DNA from: a virus
Taxonomy: Duplodnaviria; Caudoviricetes
Length of the DNA stretch: 61,806 nucleotides
IMG/VR virus record: IMGVR_UViG_3300035154_000018
Coordinates: 1-61,806 of that record
Direction: 5' to 3' (one strand)
Within the stretch, counting starts at the first letter, position 1; each line of letters begins with the position of its first letter. The notes beneath the pieces are model-generated. The model did not search any database. It was given only the letters and a program-made list of their open reading frames with translations, and was not told the DNA's origin. Position numbers and translations under genes: made by a program. Shown one piece after another: positions 16,394-26,928 of this stretch.

Positions 16394-16651
16394 CTGTATT
16401 CCTTTTTACTGTGTCGGCGATGGATTTTTTTTCGAAAAAGTTGTGCAAGGAGAAAACTACCCCTATGTAGGGTATCTAACCATCACTTCTTGCGGTAGCG
16501 CCAGTCTTTCACCCAAGAAGGAACGTGGTCGGGACACCAGCATTGACCGTTCTTCTGAAGGACCCAGCCTTTCTCGACGGCCTTTATTCGCCCCCACTTG
16601 TGATTCGAATGCTTGTGCATACATCCGACATGCGAGCAGAACATGGCGATG

Positions 16652-17062
16652 TCACCGATCGGGGAACTGGCTATTGCCGGTGTCTTCGGTTGGGAGGCCT
16701 TTTCCGTCCTTGGTATGGACGTCTTGGCCCTTGGGAAAAGGGGAAGGAGTTCCCCCTCCCTTTTCCGACCGTCCCTTGAATCGGTCGAGCTCGTTCTCCG
16801 AGAACCCGAAGTCGACGTAGGTGACCGGAGGAATATCCCGCTCGCAGTCAGTGCGACTGATAAGGTTGCCGTCGACGGCCGGATTGATGATGGGACCGAT
16901 GGAGAGGCCGTAGATAAAACCGGCTAGCAGTTGCTGATAGATCTCCATGCCGACGTTACTGCGATGACTCAATGCCATCAAGATAGAGCCGTCAGCATTA
17001 ACCTTCGCCGTCCCGATCTGGATGCCCTGCAATTTGACCGGGACGTTGTCGATGTGATCCAC
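16652..17062 (-). CDS. Hypothetical protein
   Basis: 136 aa coupled to upstream gene. Confidence 0.65.
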   Translation of the reverse strand: MDHIDNVPVKLQGIQIGTAKVNADGSILMALSHRSNVGMEIYQQLLAGFIYGLSIGPIINPAVDGNLISRTDCERDIPPVTYVDFGFSENELDRFKGRSEKGGGTPSPFPKGQDVHTKDGKGLPTEDTGNSQFPDR

Positions 17063-17250
17063 TACTCCCCCTCTCCGTACTCGGGCGTCATCTGCAGGGC
17101 GATCACCAGTCCATTGTCCGACGCGTGGTCGAGGTACTCGCGGACTTTCAGGCCCTCCTCGAACTTGAATCGCAGTCCCTCCTGAGGCCAGTCATCGATG
17201 ACAAAGGTACCGATGGTCCTACCGTCGACGAGAATGATTCCGTCTTTCAT
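17062..17250 (-). CDS. Hypothetical protein
   Basis: 62 aa. Confidence 0.6.
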   Translation of the reverse strand: MKDGIILVDGRTIGTFVIDDWPQEGLRFKFEEGLKVREYLDHASDNGLVIALQMTPEYGEGE

Positions 17251-17396
17251 GGGTTAGATACCCTTCCTCTCTCCCCGCTCTCACCAACCCGAGACCTTCT
17301 TCTGACACCAGCAGACGCCGTCTACGTGGTTGATCGGATAGTGAATGTTGAAGATACGAGCGAGCCAACCGTTAGACTTCAATCGTATCTTCTTCA

Positions 17397-17624
17397 TCAG
17401 CTCAGGTTCTTGGGGTGCGCCAGGTGCTGCAGGACGTAGTCGAGCGGGGTGGCCGGCACGTTGGGGCTCTTGGCAGTCGCGTGACCGATCTCCTGCAACG
17501 TCACCCAGTAGCGGATGCGCAGTGGGAGATGGCCACCGATGCTGCTGGCCAGCGAGTCACGTGTCCTGGCGAGACGCTCCTTGAGCGGCAGTCCCCGCAG
17601 TGTCCAGATCGTTCGGAGTATCAT
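17397..17624 (-). CDS. Hypothetical protein
   Basis: 75 aa basic ORF. Confidence 0.6.
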   Translation of the reverse strand: MILRTIWTLRGLPLKERLARTRDSLASSIGGHLPLRIRYWVTLQEIGHATAKSPNVPATPLDYVLQHLAHPKNLS

Positions 17625-17729
17625 TGATTTCTTTCTCTGTTATTGTCGGAACGTGCGCGGACATACCGTAAATAACGATCGCCGTCAAACACACCATGAA
17701 GACGACCAAGACAATCGTAACGTTAGTAC

Positions 17730-17930
17730 TCATGCCTTAGCCCACCCCACAAGTGCTGTTTGAGCATTGACGATTGCCGTCAGGCTATCGAGCAGGATTA
17801 GTCGCCCATTCACATCCTGTATTATCAGTGGATTGATCCCTGGATGATTCTTTTCGATATTCGCCTTGGCGCTGTCATAGGCCTCGGCCAGATGACCCAG
17901 GCATTCACGAAGATCGTCTGAATAACTCAT
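17730..17930 (-). CDS. Hypothetical protein
   Basis: ATGA overlap with replicase stop. Confidence 0.65.
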   Translation of the reverse strand: MSYSDDLRECLGHLAEAYDSAKANIEKNHPGINPLIIQDVNGRLILLDSLTAIVNAQTALVGWAKA

Positions 17931-20900
17931 ACCAGGAACTCCTCTAGGCTGTCGAAGCCCGTTCCCTCGAGCATCTTCTCGAGATCCGCCTTGGAGTCGT
18001 CGAGCTGCTTCTCGAAGTAGTACTCGTCAATCGCTTCGCTCGGCAGATCCATGGCGACGTTGGAGTCAACCCACAGGTGACCCTTGGTGCCGGCAACGGC
18101 ATAGTGCTTGCCGTCCTTGATGCGGTACAGCTGACCACCACCGTTGCCCGGGAGAACCGGAGTGAAACGACCGGTCCTGCCGACGAAGATGAGCTTGTCG
18201 AGGGCGTTCTCATACTCCGCGTTGGCATTCTCAAGACCAACAACAGCCTCAGCTACCTTGACGGGATCGCCATCCTTCTCAGCGATCTTCTTCCGCTTCT
18301 CCGCATCTTTGAGATTGTCGACGGCGTTGTTGACGTACCCGTCACCCTCATGACCGAAGTCCAGCCGGATGTCACCCTGTTGCACATGCTTGGTGACACA
18401 CATGTCGTAGAAATCGATGCTGTCTTTCTGGCCGAAGAGAGACTTGAACGTGTATGGGTTTACGTCCTTATGGAACTGACTACCCGTGGCGGTCCAGCCC
18501 TTCTTCGCGTCCTTGGCTACGTAAACCGCGTCATTCAACAAGGCGAACTTCTCGTACGTCGCCTCGTGCTCGAACGTGTAACCGTACTTCTCGCCGAACT
18601 GCATGACGAACTCGATGATCTCCGGGGTTGCATTGGGGATCTTCACCGAGTCGGTCTTGATGTGGGCCACGGTGAAACCGCGCTGCTGCAGTTCGTGCTT
18701 GAGGTCGATCATGAACAGAGCGCCGCGCTTGGCGACGATGTTGTCAACGTTCTCACGGTCCTTGAACGGGTTGTCGAACTTCGCCGACGTCAGACCGTAG
18801 ACGATGTTGATCGCGATCTTCAGGCCCCACCGAAGATCAGCAGCAGCCTTGATTCCCTCCGGCGAGCTGGTGGCCTTTGACCCGTCAACAGCTCCGAGCG
18901 CCTCGATCTCCTCGATGTAGGGACGAAGCTTCCCGTCAAGCAGGTCTTTGGCGCGACTGAAATCGAAGTTCTTGAGCGCCAGCTGCGCTTCGACGAGAGC
19001 CATGAACTTCGGCGTAAACTCACCGAACAGGTTGAGCTGACCGATTGATGTAGGGTGCATAGAAGCGACGTCAAGGAGCGCGACGTCTGTGTAAATCCCT
19101 GGTTCGGCGTAGACGTATCCACCCTCGCCGACCACTTCATCTCGGTACGTACTCTTGCCGTTCTCGAAGACATATCCCGGGAACTCCTTCGCGAGTTTGG
19201 TATACACGAAGCTTCTCTGGGGGTTCTTCTCCTTCCCGAAGACGATGCTGGCGGTCAGCCGAGCAGTAGTGTCGTTCGGACTGAGGCCGGCCAGGTCCGC
19301 TAAGATAAGACGGGCCGTGTAGTCGCCTCGTAGGTGCTTGAAGACCATCTCGGTAGAGACGACGTCGTTGACGCAGTAGTCGATGACGTCTTGCACGCGG
19401 TCATCGGGAACCGGCTGGTCCCAGTCGAGGTCCATCTCCCGGTGCTCGAGACCCAGCTCGATCTGCCACTTCTTCAGCCCCTGCTTCTTGGTGCTGAAGT
19501 CCAGGATATCCGTCCAGGAAAGACGGAAGGCCTCACCGAACTTGACGCCGGCTGCGCTGGAGATCAGTTTCTGCGACAGGTTGTACAGCTGAGCGTTGTT
19601 GTAACCCAGTGCCGCCGCCCACAACATGTGGTTGTCGTAGTTGCGGTTGAAATATCCGACGAGCTTCATGCCGAACAGAGCCTCGACCTCGTGAGGCTTC
19701 GGGTTCAGCATCACCACGACGTTCTCGGGCTTCGGCTCGTCTTCCTCGAATTTCCAGCAGACGAGGAACATGTTCGGGTAGCACTCGACGTCGTAGATGA
19801 CGACGCGGTCATCCTTGGGCTTCGGCTCCTCCGGCATCTCATCCGGCTCGGACTTCCACCGCATGGACTGGACGATCTTCAGACATTCGAGCGCCCGATT
19901 GGAGCTGTTGTTGGCGAAGACGGTGACCCGCTGTCGCATGTCGCTGACGTCGTAGGTGACGCCTCGCTCGTATGCCTCCTCCAAGATCTTGTAGATGAAG
20001 TCGATCGAGGGCTTCGTCCCCGGGTGGTATTCCTTGTTGATGTTCGCCAGGATCTGCTTGCGAATGGTCTTGTCGTTGATGACTACGTCCGGGTCGAGCA
20101 CTCGCTTCTTCTCCTTGAGGGGTAGGCCGGTGCTCAGCGTCGCAATCGGCACGTTGTTACACTTTGACAGCCGGCGACGCAAGGCGCTGTTCCCCGTATA
20201 CACCTTGACTTCAATTCCCTCAGCGTACTGAGAATCGAGTTGGGTGACGTCGCCAGTGTATTCGTAGTGTAGGTGAACTGCACTACCGGACTTACTTAGC
20301 TCTCCGTAAGTTGGAGGCCATTCTGCAGCGGCAGCGAGATTGAGTTCGAGGGATTTGTTTCCATCCTCGTCCTTGATGTCGAAGTCGATGACGATGTGGT
20401 TCTCGGGAACCTTGACGTAATGTTCTTTCGTCGGATCCAAGTCCCGGAGATATGTATCCACGATCTGGGACGGTCGTGGACGCTTCAGTTCGCCATTGAT
20501 AAGTCTCTCGCTGTCATCCCAGTACTTCGAGGGACTCCCATCTGCTTTGGCGTACTGTGCGGGAAGCTCTGCCAACTCAAGGTTCAACAGAGATATGGTT
20601 TCGTCCAACGCGAGTGCAAATGTCAGCGAGGCATCGTCGATCGCCATCTTGAAAACGTGAGTCTTCAAGTTACGGTAGTAACTGCGTACCTGTACATCGT
20701 CGAGGAGGTATCGATCATGGAACTCCTCGAAATATGTACCCAACTCCGCTCGGAATTCCATGAGCTTCATGGGCCGGTCGATGTTGGCTTCCTCGCAGTA
20801 ATCCTTGTACAGGTTCCACGCCTGCTTGGCGGTGACGCCTCCCTGACTCTCGAAGAGATCACGGTGGAGCTCAATGTAATTGATGAAGGCGTTGGTCTTG

Positions 20901-21928
20901 TACATCATCTCCAAGGGACGGTAGCCGTTGTAGAACGTCTTACCCATCTTCTTGTAGACGCCGAGACAGTGATGCGCGATGGCTCCCAACTCGAAGTTGA
21001 TCTGAGCCATCAGTGCGTGGTATCGCTTCGGAGGGACAAGGTTTCCGGTGGGGTGGACGTCGATCAGCCGGCGAATCATACCGGACTGCGAGTCTGTGAT
21101 CTTGACGGGCTTGTTGGTGCCCATCATCAAGGCAGCGTTGATTCGAGCGTCATACGAAGGCTTGTACTTCTCGTTCACCTTCATGATCTCGTGAGAGATG
21201 ATCGAGTTCAACGTCGTGTTGTCCTCGATCTTGGACAGGTCTCCGTCGTGCTGAATCGCCAGCAGGGGATTGCCGGCGAATGCTGCTGCTGCAAACTGAT
21301 TGCCGTTGGTCCCGAGAGCCTTGGCATCGAACGTGGTGATGTAACCAGGGAACAGTGTCATCGTGATGTTGATGATGGTGCCCTTGCCGGCGCCCGGAGG
21401 TCCCTCGAGCACAAGGAACTTCTGGATGTCCTTGGAATCCCCCGATACGATCGCCCCAAGGAACCACTCGATTTTCTGCCGTTCCTCAGGCGAGTAGAGA
21501 GTACTGACCATCTCTTCCCACGCTGAAATATCCCCGCGGGCCAAATCGTAGGGAAGTCTCTTACTGACGTAATCTTTCTTGGCGGTCTTGGTCGTGAGGA
21601 AGGTCAGCTTCTCGTCGAGCTGGTGCGAATTGTCACCAATTTGACTGAGGAACTTGCGGAACGTACTCTGACCATTCGAGCCGAAGCTCCGCATAGGCTT
21701 GACGCCGACGACGTCTTTGTTTTCCTTGGCGTAAGAATGAAGCTTGTCGTCTACGATCCGCTGGACGTTGTACTCGTCCGTGGACCACAGATTTGTTTCT
21801 TCATCCCAGATGGCGTAGAAGTTTTTCGCTCGGACCATGAGATCCTCGGAACGTCCGACAATGAAGTCAGGATACGCCTCGAGTCCCCCACCTTTTTTCT
21901 CTTTTACTGCGATCTGAAAGAAATCCAT
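17927..21928 (-). CDS. Multifunctional replicase: SF3 helicase + primase + family B DNA polymerase
   Basis: GPPGAGKGT and MGTN (D5-like SF3); VIDFD..SKSG..HLHY (primase); YDVECYP (exo I), DVASMHP, KIAINIVYG, HIKTDSV (PolB). Confidence 0.88.
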   Translation of the reverse strand: MDFFQIAVKEKKGGGLEAYPDFIVGRSEDLMVRAKNFYAIWDEETNLWSTDEYNVQRIVDDKLHSYAKENKDVVGVKPMRSFGSNGQSTFRKFLSQIGDNSHQLDEKLTFLTTKTAKKDYVSKRLPYDLARGDISAWEEMVSTLYSPEERQKIEWFLGAIVSGDSKDIQKFLVLEGPPGAGKGTIINITMTLFPGYITTFDAKALGTNGNQFAAAAFAGNPLLAIQHDGDLSKIEDNTTLNSIISHEIMKVNEKYKPSYDARINAALMMGTNKPVKITDSQSGMIRRLIDVHPTGNLVPPKRYHALMAQINFELGAIAHHCLGVYKKMGKTFYNGYRPLEMMYKTNAFINYIELHRDLFESQGGVTAKQAWNLYKDYCEEANIDRPMKLMEFRAELGTYFEEFHDRYLLDDVQVRSYYRNLKTHVFKMAIDDASLTFALALDETISLLNLELAELPAQYAKADGSPSKYWDDSERLINGELKRPRPSQIVDTYLRDLDPTKEHYVKVPENHIVIDFDIKDEDGNKSLELNLAAAAEWPPTYGELSKSGSAVHLHYEYTGDVTQLDSQYAEGIEVKVYTGNSALRRRLSKCNNVPIATLSTGLPLKEKKRVLDPDVVINDKTIRKQILANINKEYHPGTKPSIDFIYKILEEAYERGVTYDVSDMRQRVTVFANNSSNRALECLKIVQSMRWKSEPDEMPEEPKPKDDRVVIYDVECYPNMFLVCWKFEEDEPKPENVVVMLNPKPHEVEALFGMKLVGYFNRNYDNHMLWAAALGYNNAQLYNLSQKLISSAAGVKFGEAFRLSWTDILDFSTKKQGLKKWQIELGLEHREMDLDWDQPVPDDRVQDVIDYCVNDVVSTEMVFKHLRGDYTARLILADLAGLSPNDTTARLTASIVFGKEKNPQRSFVYTKLAKEFPGYVFENGKSTYRDEVVGEGGYVYAEPGIYTDVALLDVASMHPTSIGQLNLFGEFTPKFMALVEAQLALKNFDFSRAKDLLDGKLRPYIEEIEALGAVDGSKATSSPEGIKAAADLRWGLKIAINIVYGLTSAKFDNPFKDRENVDNIVAKRGALFMIDLKHELQQRGFTVAHIKTDSVKIPNATPEIIEFVMQFGEKYGYTFEHEATYEKFALLNDAVYVAKDAKKGWTATGSQFHKDVNPYTFKSLFGQKDSIDFYDMCVTKHVQQGDIRLDFGHEGDGYVNNAVDNLKDAEKRKKIAEKDGDPVKVAEAVVGLENANAEYENALDKLIFVGRTGRFTPVLPGNGGGQLYRIKDGKHYAVAGTKGHLWVDSNVAMDLPSEAIDEYYFEKQLDDSKADLEKMLEGTGFDSLEEFLV

Positions 21929-21948
21929 CTACCCCTCCTCCCGGATGG

Positions 21949-22482
21949 TTAGAGCCGTTCCAGGAGGTATGCCTCAGCCTGGTACCAGAGCTCGACTTGC
22001 GTTTGGTCTTTGTCTCGTCGTGAGTGTCTCTGCAAGGGGAAGAGACCGCCGGCGCCGTTCTTGGCGTACTCGCGGTAGATCACCTTGTCGAGTATGTGTT
22101 CAATGATCTCCTGGTCGACGTCAGTAGTGTCAGTGCATTCGATCAGGCCCAGGTTCTCGATGAGACCCCAGAACCAATCACTGGGCTTGCCCTCGCCTTG
22201 GAAGGCCAGCTTGCGGGATAGCGCTACCATGAGCTCGAGCATGGAGCAGGGGAAGTCGGTCCACCCCGGCTCGTCCATGATGGTGCCTGTCACGTCCAGG
22301 AATTCCTGTCGGAGATCCCTGCCGTCTTGCGCTCGGTTGCCGTCCTTCTCGATGGTCGACCAGATGAACTCCTTCTTGTAGAGGAGCGTCAGCAGCTTCC
22401 AGTAGGTTTTAGAACGGTTACGCAGATCGACCGAGCCGACTTGACTGTAGAGCCACGTGAAATATGCCTCGTCAAGCGGCAT
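21949..22482 (-). CDS. Conserved-type phage protein upstream of replicase
   Basis: NRAQDG, CSMLE, GGLFP, ELWYQ motifs. Confidence 0.75.
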   Translation of the reverse strand: MPLDEAYFTWLYSQVGSVDLRNRSKTYWKLLTLLYKKEFIWSTIEKDGNRAQDGRDLRQEFLDVTGTIMDEPGWTDFPCSMLELMVALSRKLAFQGEGKPSDWFWGLIENLGLIECTDTTDVDQEIIEHILDKVIYREYAKNGAGGLFPLQRHSRRDKDQTQVELWYQAEAYLLERL

Positions 22483-22506
22483 GTCGTCACATCCTTTCAT
22501 TGTCGA

Positions 22507-23265
22507 TTAGTGCTGGAGGTGGAGGTCGCCTGTCTCGATGTCGTCCTCGCCATCGCCCAGGCCCATGAATTCGGTCAAGCTCTCTTCCATGAGCTTGATC
22601 TCGTAATCGGTCGCCATCTTCTCGTTGCGGATGCAGAGGATCCGCGGGACGCCGACCGGCATCTCGGGGAAGAGCGTGAGGTTGGCCTCTCCCAAGAGAC
22701 CGATCTCCACGGATTCCTGGTCGTAGTCGAGTACCGTCTTCTCCTCGGCGAAGTAGAGGTAGTTCACCTGGTCGTAGCCCGAGTCGTTCGTCAGGAAATC
22801 GTCCATCTCGATGATGTACGGATCGTCCGGTGTCCGCTCCTCCGGGACCGCCTGGGCCGGCGCGAACTTGCCGCTGGGATCCCGCGGCGGCAGAGGCTTC
22901 TTGGTGGACGAGTTGGCCGAGCCGAAGACGTTGTTCTCGACGATGCGCTTCTCGTCCGGCTTGAGGCCGATGCCCTGGTAGTTGATCAGGGCTGCCTTGC
23001 CCTGTTCCGCGAGGAGGAGTTCCTCGTCGGAGGGCTCTTCGTCGATCTCCTCTTCTGAGGTCAGCACCTCTTCGATCGTGGCCGGCTTATTACGAGCCTC
23101 CATGACCTGCACGGACATGTATTTCTTGACGGCGGATACCTCGACCTCGATCAGCTCGTCGAGGTTGGCGTAGAACTTCTTTTTGGCAAAGAAATATCCC
23201 GCCGCACCACCGGCCGCCAGGGACGCGATGCTTGCGCCCCCGGCGATCAGAATGGTCTTGTTCAC
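22507..23265 (-). CDS. Membrane-anchored acidic protein
   Basis: N-terminal TM helix; 252 aa. Confidence 0.75.
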   Translation of the reverse strand: MNKTILIAGGASIASLAAGGAAGYFFAKKKFYANLDELIEVEVSAVKKYMSVQVMEARNKPATIEEVLTSEEEIDEEPSDEELLLAEQGKAALINYQGIGLKPDEKRIVENNVFGSANSSTKKPLPPRDPSGKFAPAQAVPEERTPDDPYIIEMDDFLTNDSGYDQVNYLYFAEEKTVLDYDQESVEIGLLGEANLTLFPEMPVGVPRILCIRNEKMATDYEIKLMEESLTEFMGLGDGEDDIETGDLHLQH

Positions 23266-23447
23266 TAGTTTAATCTCTTTCTATCGAGAATAATGCGCTC
23301 GATCATAGTGGCGCCTTTGGTAAACACAAAGCAACCTATGAATAAAAAGGGGATCACAAAGACTCCATTAGTCCCTGCCCGAAGCCATCGAACGTCTATG
23401 AATATAGTAAATGAACCAATCAAAACGACGATGATTCCCTTAATCAT
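23265..23447 (-). CDS. Small two-TM membrane protein, AT-rich
   Basis: Two hydrophobic helices; coupled to next gene. Confidence 0.6.
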   Translation of the reverse strand: MIKGIIVVLIGSFTIFIDVRWLRAGTNGVFVIPFLFIGCFVFTKGATMIERIILDRKRLN

Positions 23448-23476
23448 TTGCTGCCAATTAATGAGTTTTCCTCCGG

Positions 23477-24418
23477 TCAGATCTTGTCCCAGATCGGACC
23501 ATCGACGTTGAAGTCGAGCCAGACGCTCTTCTCGACACCGTCGATGAAGGCCTCGGCCCGCTCCTGGTCACCCTCGAACACACCGAAGTCGACGTAACCG
23601 TCACCGGTGTAGTCAGCGTCGTTGGGGCGGTACAGCCAGCCGACGATCTGACCCTGTGGAGCCCGAGCGAGCCCGAGCGAGTCGAGAACCTCGTTGAGGA
23701 AGATGTGGCCGTTGGCGCGGAGCTTGTCGTTGGCGTAGCTCTGCTGCGTGGACAGCAGCATGGCGTTCATCCCCGGCTCTTTGGTGAACCGACGCGAGGT
23801 CTCGTCGAAGAGCGTGGCGTACGGCGATCCGTTGTGGCCGTCCGTCTTGGAGATCTCGTCCTTGGGCGTGATCTTGGTCTTGCCGTCGGCGAGCTTCTCC
23901 TCGACGTGGACGGTGCGGACGTTGGCCGCCAGCTTGCGGTCGTCCTCCTCGCCGTACTTCTCGATGACGTTCTTGCGGTACTGGCGGTAGGCCCTGTCGA
24001 GGCCGGCGTAGGCCGCCATGACGGTGCTGTTGCGCTTGGAGAGGATGACGTGTGAGCCGGTCAGGGCTGCGATCGAGACGATACCCAGACCGATCGCCGG
24101 CAGGTAGGGGTTGGTGATCGCGAGGGCGGTCTTGATCTGGAGACGTCGCTCGAGCTGCTGACCTTCCTTCTCGGTCAGCAACATCGTGTTGGTATCGATG
24201 TCGACGGTGGTCTTGTCGCGATCGAGCTCGTACTTAGCCTTCTCGTGCGCGTCCAGCGCGTCAGAGATCTTCAGCGTGGCCCGGCAAGCCAGGACGGTGG
24301 CTCCGATGACGCCGACCGTGCCGGCGACGAAGAGGATCTTGGGCGAGTGCTTCTGCGCGAGGAAGACCTGACGTGCAGTCTTGCTCGTGACTGCGTTCTT
24401 GATGGCCTCGAGGCTCAT
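23477..24418 (-). CDS. DUF6353-like membrane-associated protein
   Basis: KHSPKIL + TM helix; GHIFLNEV..SLG...GW...LDFN; start at MSLEA (24418). Confidence 0.75.
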   Translation of the reverse strand: MSLEAIKNAVTSKTARQVFLAQKHSPKILFVAGTVGVIGATVLACRATLKISDALDAHEKAKYELDRDKTTVDIDTNTMLLTEKEGQQLERRLQIKTALAITNPYLPAIGLGIVSIAALTGSHVILSKRNSTVMAAYAGLDRAYRQYRKNVIEKYGEEDDRKLAANVRTVHVEEKLADGKTKITPKDEISKTDGHNGSPYATLFDETSRRFTKEPGMNAMLLSTQQSYANDKLRANGHIFLNEVLDSLGLARAPQGQIVGWLYRPNDADYTGDGYVDFGVFEGDQERAEAFIDGVEKSVWLDFNVDGPIWDKI

Positions 24419-24420
24419 GT

Positions 24421-24762
24421 TCAGTTGTTTCCTTCGTTGACGGGCTGGAGGTCGGCGACGGCAAGCGAGACGGTCGGGCGGTAATGGGCGATGCGGTTGT
24501 AGAGAATGGCGCGGATGACGTTCTGCGCGGATTCCTGACTGTACATATGGCCGGGCGTCTGATCGAGGTCGACGTAGACGATGAATCCCGGACGGGTGCG
24601 CTCGCCTACGAAACCTAAGGGTGCCAGTGAGACGGTCGGGTTGTACCAACCAATCTGCTGATCGAGGATGGCATGGATGTTCACCAAGGCCGAGTCAGCA
24701 CTGTCGAACGCACCGCCCTCGACCGGGTCGAGATCCACGAAGACGATGAATGCTTTTCTCAT
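24421..24762 (-). CDS. Hypothetical protein with internal duplication
   Basis: FIVFVDLD...YNPTVSLA and FIVYVDLD...YRPTVSLA. Confidence 0.75.
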   Translation of the reverse strand: MRKAFIVFVDLDPVEGGAFDSADSALVNIHAILDQQIGWYNPTVSLAPLGFVGERTRPGFIVYVDLDQTPGHMYSQESAQNVIRAILYNRIAHYRPTVSLAVADLQPVNEGNN

Positions 24763-24890
24763 ATCCGTATCCGCCCTTGTGCTTGGAGACGCCGGTATAT
24801 TGCTATGATTTGTTGGTCGCTTTTCTTGGCTACCCAGTTACTTGTATATATTTGGGCCAAGACTATTCTCATCTGACTCATGGCACGGTG

Positions 24891-25556
24891 TTAGCGGATG
24901 CTCTCGACCGGGGGAATCAGGAGCAAGTATCCACCACGTACTCGGCGGGCGGAGAGATCGTCCAGATTCGTCCAGCCCCACTTGTGATCGGTGACCATGG
25001 CAGTCTGCCCGATCAACTCGTAGAGCTGGGCCACCTTGACGACGCCGTATTCTTGGAGCGTCTCATACAAGGTGTCGACGATATTCGTGGCCTCGAACTG
25101 AGTCTCGACGATGATGTCGTCGATTTCCACAGATGAAGGATCGCGCACTGGACGACGTGCCGGCGGCGGTGCCTGATTCGATCGCTGCACCACTCCGGAA
25201 TATCCGCTGTAACTGTGGTAGGCACGCGGGGCCGTGTTGCCGCGCGCGGTACGACTCGGTGTACGAGTTTCTCCGTAAACAGCCTTCTCGATACCCTGCG
25301 TGACGAAGTCCGTTACGAGATTCTGCAAGGCCGGCAGCAGAACATCTCTGGCGAGATATCCGATGACGCTGTTCGAGTCACCGCTGAAGAAAGTCGACAT
25401 GATCCGCCGACCGAGCGGGGGCTTACGTCGGACCACCTTACCCGTAATGACCGGATCGAGCTTTGGTCCCTCGGTGACCTTCTCCGAACTCGGATCGACT
25501 GACGGCTTGTTGAGTGGACCGCGGGGCGTCCGCGAATTGCTGGGGAAGTCATCCAT
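24891..25556 (-). CDS. Hypothetical protein
   Basis: 221 aa; YGVVKVAQLYELIG...WGW C-terminal motif. Confidence 0.75.
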   Translation of the reverse strand: MDDFPSNSRTPRGPLNKPSVDPSSEKVTEGPKLDPVITGKVVRRKPPLGRRIMSTFFSGDSNSVIGYLARDVLLPALQNLVTDFVTQGIEKAVYGETRTPSRTARGNTAPRAYHSYSGYSGVVQRSNQAPPPARRPVRDPSSVEIDDIIVETQFEATNIVDTLYETLQEYGVVKVAQLYELIGQTAMVTDHKWGWTNLDDLSARRVRGGYLLLIPPVESIR

Positions 25557-25606
25557 GTGTTGATCCTCAATCCGCAGATTTATTGTTTACTGTGCGGGGG
25601 TGTTAA

Positions 25607-26137
25607 TTAGTTCGCTCGATACAAGGCCGGGTTCCATTTGCCGGTTTTGATGTCGAACTGCTCCCACTGGTTGGTCTCGTCGTTGAGGCGAACACGTACG
25701 TTGGTTAGACCTTCTTCTTCGTAAGTAGTCTCGCCTCGGTAGATACGTCCGAGCTTGGTGTCAAGATCTTCCTTGATGTCCGTCGCTGGGAACCACTTCT
25801 GCTCGGTAGCGTTGTAGACGAAGTCGTTCTCGTCCAGCTCCTCATGCAAGAAGGTGGACTCCTCGCGGTTGATGCGGCCGAGCTTCGCGTCGAGCTTGAA
25901 CTTGTCGACGATCTTGACGCCGGCGTCCCACGCGTCGTCGATCGCCTGCTCGGTGTACTTCTTGGTGGCCTGGTGAGCGATTCCGCCCATAACCCAGGCG
26001 GCCGCGACGACGGTCACCTTGTCGACGAGGGTCTCCGGGCTCACGTTGTTCTTGATGATCTTGCCGACGATCTTGGTGGTACCCAGACCGACGACGGTCG
26101 TCGCGACGAACTTGACGGCTGTCAGAGCGCTGAACAT
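25607..26137 (-). CDS. Hypothetical protein
   Basis: 176 aa; AAAGGA RBS; repeated LD(A/T)KLGRI. Confidence 0.75.
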   Translation of the reverse strand: MFSALTAVKFVATTVVGLGTTKIVGKIIKNNVSPETLVDKVTVVAAAWVMGGIAHQATKKYTEQAIDDAWDAGVKIVDKFKLDAKLGRINREESTFLHEELDENDFVYNATEQKWFPATDIKEDLDTKLGRIYRGETTYEEEGLTNVRVRLNDETNQWEQFDIKTGKWNPALYRAN

Positions 26138-26335
26138 GGTGAGTTTGTCCTTTCAAGACAAAGAGAAAGAAATGGTGTGACGATGAAGTGGGCGCAGTTA
26201 CGCGATTCTGGGGCAAGATCCGCAACTAGGTTGTCGTTTACAGCCTTAGCAGCCTGAATAGAGTCTGTGGTCTGAGACCCCCATAAAGAGGACCACATAG
26301 CAACTCTTGCTAGACCCCACACCATCGAGATAGTG

Positions 26336-26848
26336 CTAGTTGTTCGCCGCCGACTTGGCCAGAATGGCCCGCATCTCCTCGGCCGACATCTGGTCGAGCG
26401 ACTTCTTGGCGGGCTGGGCCGGTGCGTCCTTGGTGGCCTCGGCTTCGGTCTTCTGCAGGTTCTCGACGATGGTCTGCGTCTCCTCCGGGAAGATGCCCTC
26501 CCAGAACTTCTGGGCGTTGTCGGTGCCCGGCTCGATCAGCCAGATGAAGAACTGCTCCCACGCGCCGCTGTTGAGGAACTCCTCGGTGAAGGAGGCCCGC
26601 TTGAGGAAGCGCTCGCCGTCCTCGGACCGCCGGCCGTAGGAGTTCGTCACGAGGAGCTTGAAGACCACGTAGATCTTCTTGATGTTGCCGGATCCCATCT
26701 CGTCGCGCATGTACTCGCTGAGCGACTGGTCGCCGAACGTGGGGTTGAACTCGAGGTCGGCGAAGTCGGGGATCAGCATGTTGAAGTAGAGATCTTCGTT
26801 GTGCAGCTTCTTGTTGAGATCGTGATAGACCACACTGTGCATGAACAC
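26336..26848 (-). CDS. Hypothetical protein
   Basis: High GC3 codon bias; EDLYFN...SYG..SEDG..F motif; start inferred. Confidence 0.7.
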   Translation of the reverse strand: MFMHSVVYHDLNKKLHNEDLYFNMLIPDFADLEFNPTFGDQSLSEYMRDEMGSGNIKKIYVVFKLLVTNSYGRRSEDGERFLKRASFTEEFLNSGAWEQFFIWLIEPGTDNAQKFWEGIFPEETQTIVENLQKTEAEATKDAPAQPAKKSLDQMSAEEMRAILAKSAANN

Positions 26849-26928
26849 TTGGTTACCTGTTATTCGTGTGTGAGCGGAAAGAGAAAACGAAAGACCCTGC
26901 GTTTCCACAGGGCCATCGATCGTGGTTG

